Origin: an uncultured Veillonellaceae bacterium
GTDB taxonomy: Bacteria; Bacillota; Negativicutes; JARBTT01
DNA length: 64,000 nucleotides
Assembly (NCBI GenBank): GCA_963805085.1
Contig: CAWDTA010000005.1
Location: 512,001-576,000 of the forward strand
Direction of reading: 5' to 3'
Shown piece by piece: positions 62,772 to 64,000 of this stretch. The notes under the pieces were generated by a model that saw only the letters and a program-made list of their open reading frames with translations, did no database searches and was not told the DNA's origin. The translations under genes were made by a program, and so were the position numbers. Position 1 is the stretch's first letter. Each line of letters starts with the position of its first letter.

Positions 62772-64000
62772 ATGGCGAAACAGATATCAAGACGTAGCTT
62801 TATTAAGGCCGGTGTAGCTGTTGGTGCAGCAGTTGCAGCCGGTACTTATTTTGAGTGGCAAGGAAACAATATCCCCGCTTCCGTAAAACAAGGTACAGCT
62901 CTATATGATGTATTGATTATCGGTAGTGGTGGCTCTGGGATGCGTGCAGCATTAGAAGCTGCAAAAGACAAAAATTTAAAGGTTGCAGTCGTAACTAAAA
63001 TGGTGCCAACTCGTTCGGCAACAACGATGGCGCAAGGTGGCATCAATGGTTGTGTAACAGATCCAGAAGATACACCAGAATCTCATGCATTCGACACGGT
63101 TAAAGGTGGCGACTATTTATGTGACCAAGACGCTGTAGAATATTTTGCTGAAAATGCTGGCGCTAGTTTACTTGAACTAGATTACTTTGGTTTTCCTTTT
63201 AATCGTCAGGAAAGTGGTGCATTTGATCAACGTAAAATGGGTGGTAGCTCCCATAAGCGTACTGCTTATTACGCTGACACATCTGGGCATGGGTTGCTAC
63301 ATGCATTGTTTGAACAATGCTTAGCAAACAATATAGAATTTATTTCTGAATGTCAAATGCTTGAAATTGTTGTAAAAGACGATAAATTAAGTGGTATCGT
63401 TGCGATCGATATGCGCAGTGGTAACATCCTTTCTATCCCAACCAAAGCACTTATTATAGCAACCGGCGGCTATGGCCGCGCTTACTGGATTCGTACGTCC
63501 AATCCATATAGTTCTACTGGTGACGGGATCGCGGCTTGTTTAAACATTGGTATTCCGTTCAAAGATCCGGAGATGGTACAGTTCCATCCAACTGGTCTTG
63601 CGAGTAATGGGGTATTGTTATCAGAGTCAAGTCGTTCAGAGGGAGCATTGCTCTTAGATAAAAACGGTGAACGTTTTATGGCCAGATATGCGCCGAAAGC
63701 AATGGAACTTGCAACACGTGACTTAGTCGCTCGGGCAATTGAAACAGAAATCAGTGAAGGCCGTGGTATTGGCGAAGGCTTAAATGCTGGTGTATATATG
63801 GACTTTACCCATATTCCTAAAGATCGTTTAATGGAACGTTTAGGACAAGTTTATGATTTATCTTTACGTTTTGAAGGTGTTGATATTACACAAAAACCAG
63901 TGCCTATTCGTTGTTCTTGCCATTATTCTATGGGTGGTATCGATGTAACGGATTATAAATCAGGCGGCACAAAAGTTCCTGGCGTATTTGCTACAGGCGA
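62772..64000 (+). CDS. Tat-exported fumarate reductase/succinate dehydrogenase flavoprotein (MfrA-like), partial
   Basis: Manual translation: MAKQISRRSFIK (twin-Arg), GSGGSG, RSATTMAQGG, QFHPTG, SESSRSEG, TRD, HYSMGG; not in ORF track because it runs off the window. Confidence 0.9.
   Translation, partial: MAKQISRRSFIKAGVAVGAAVAAGTYFEWQGNNIPASVKQGTALYDVLIIGSGGSGMRAALEAAKDKNLKVAVVTKMVPTRSATTMAQGGINGCVTDPEDTPESHAFDTVKGGDYLCDQDAVEYFAENAGASLLELDYFGFPFNRQESGAFDQRKMGGSSHKRTAYYADTSGHGLLHALFEQCLANNIEFISECQMLEIVVKDDKLSGIVAIDMRSGNILSIPTKALIIATGGYGRAYWIRTSNPYSSTGDGIAACLNIGIPFKDPEMVQFHPTGLASNGVLLSESSRSEGALLLDKNGERFMARYAPKAMELATRDLVARAIETEISEGRGIGEGLNAGVYMDFTHIPKDRLMERLGQVYDLSLRFEGVDITQKPVPIRCSCHYSMGGIDVTDYKSGGTKVPGVFATG

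Overview
AT-rich chromosomal window from a probable spore-forming, diderm Firmicute (Negativicutes-like; inferred from lonB, ahbAB, anaerobic glpABC, a Tat-exported flavoprotein and Firmicute-type promoters). 1-23.4 kb is a mosaic accessory region of small regulator+enzyme modules (DeoR/fba, CheY-CheX/CheX, FadR-DcuC-DUF1847-PatB, RpiR/GH4, YcgR/YcgQ, NimA-like/MocR, TetR/MCP). It also holds three gene fragments and degenerate dispersed repeats at module borders. Next come a duplicated glycerol locus (glpFK-glpFK-glpABC), zur-znuCB, tRNA-Leu, a microcompartment-free ethanolamine locus (eutW/eutV-like, eat, eutABC) running into cobTSC, cidA/lrgB, a CNNM/CorC transporter, an orphan radical SAM/SPASM gene and tRNA-Gly. 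The core tig-clpP-clpX-lonB-lon-engB block follows (clpP/clpX carry clustered single-base indels, probably sequencing errors), then ahbAB, yjeH, a PucR regulator and a Tat-signal MfrA-like flavoprotein cut by the window end. The best leads are: ANTAR-type hairpin/terminator overlaps that extend beyond eut to the DcuC-DUF1847-C-S lyase operon; cobTSC embedded in the eut operon; the repeat family at module borders; NCA-motif aquaglyceroporins; and the orphan rSAM behind a SigK-like promoter. No intact mobile element or CRISPR array was seen. All family calls are by motif recognition only; no searches were run.
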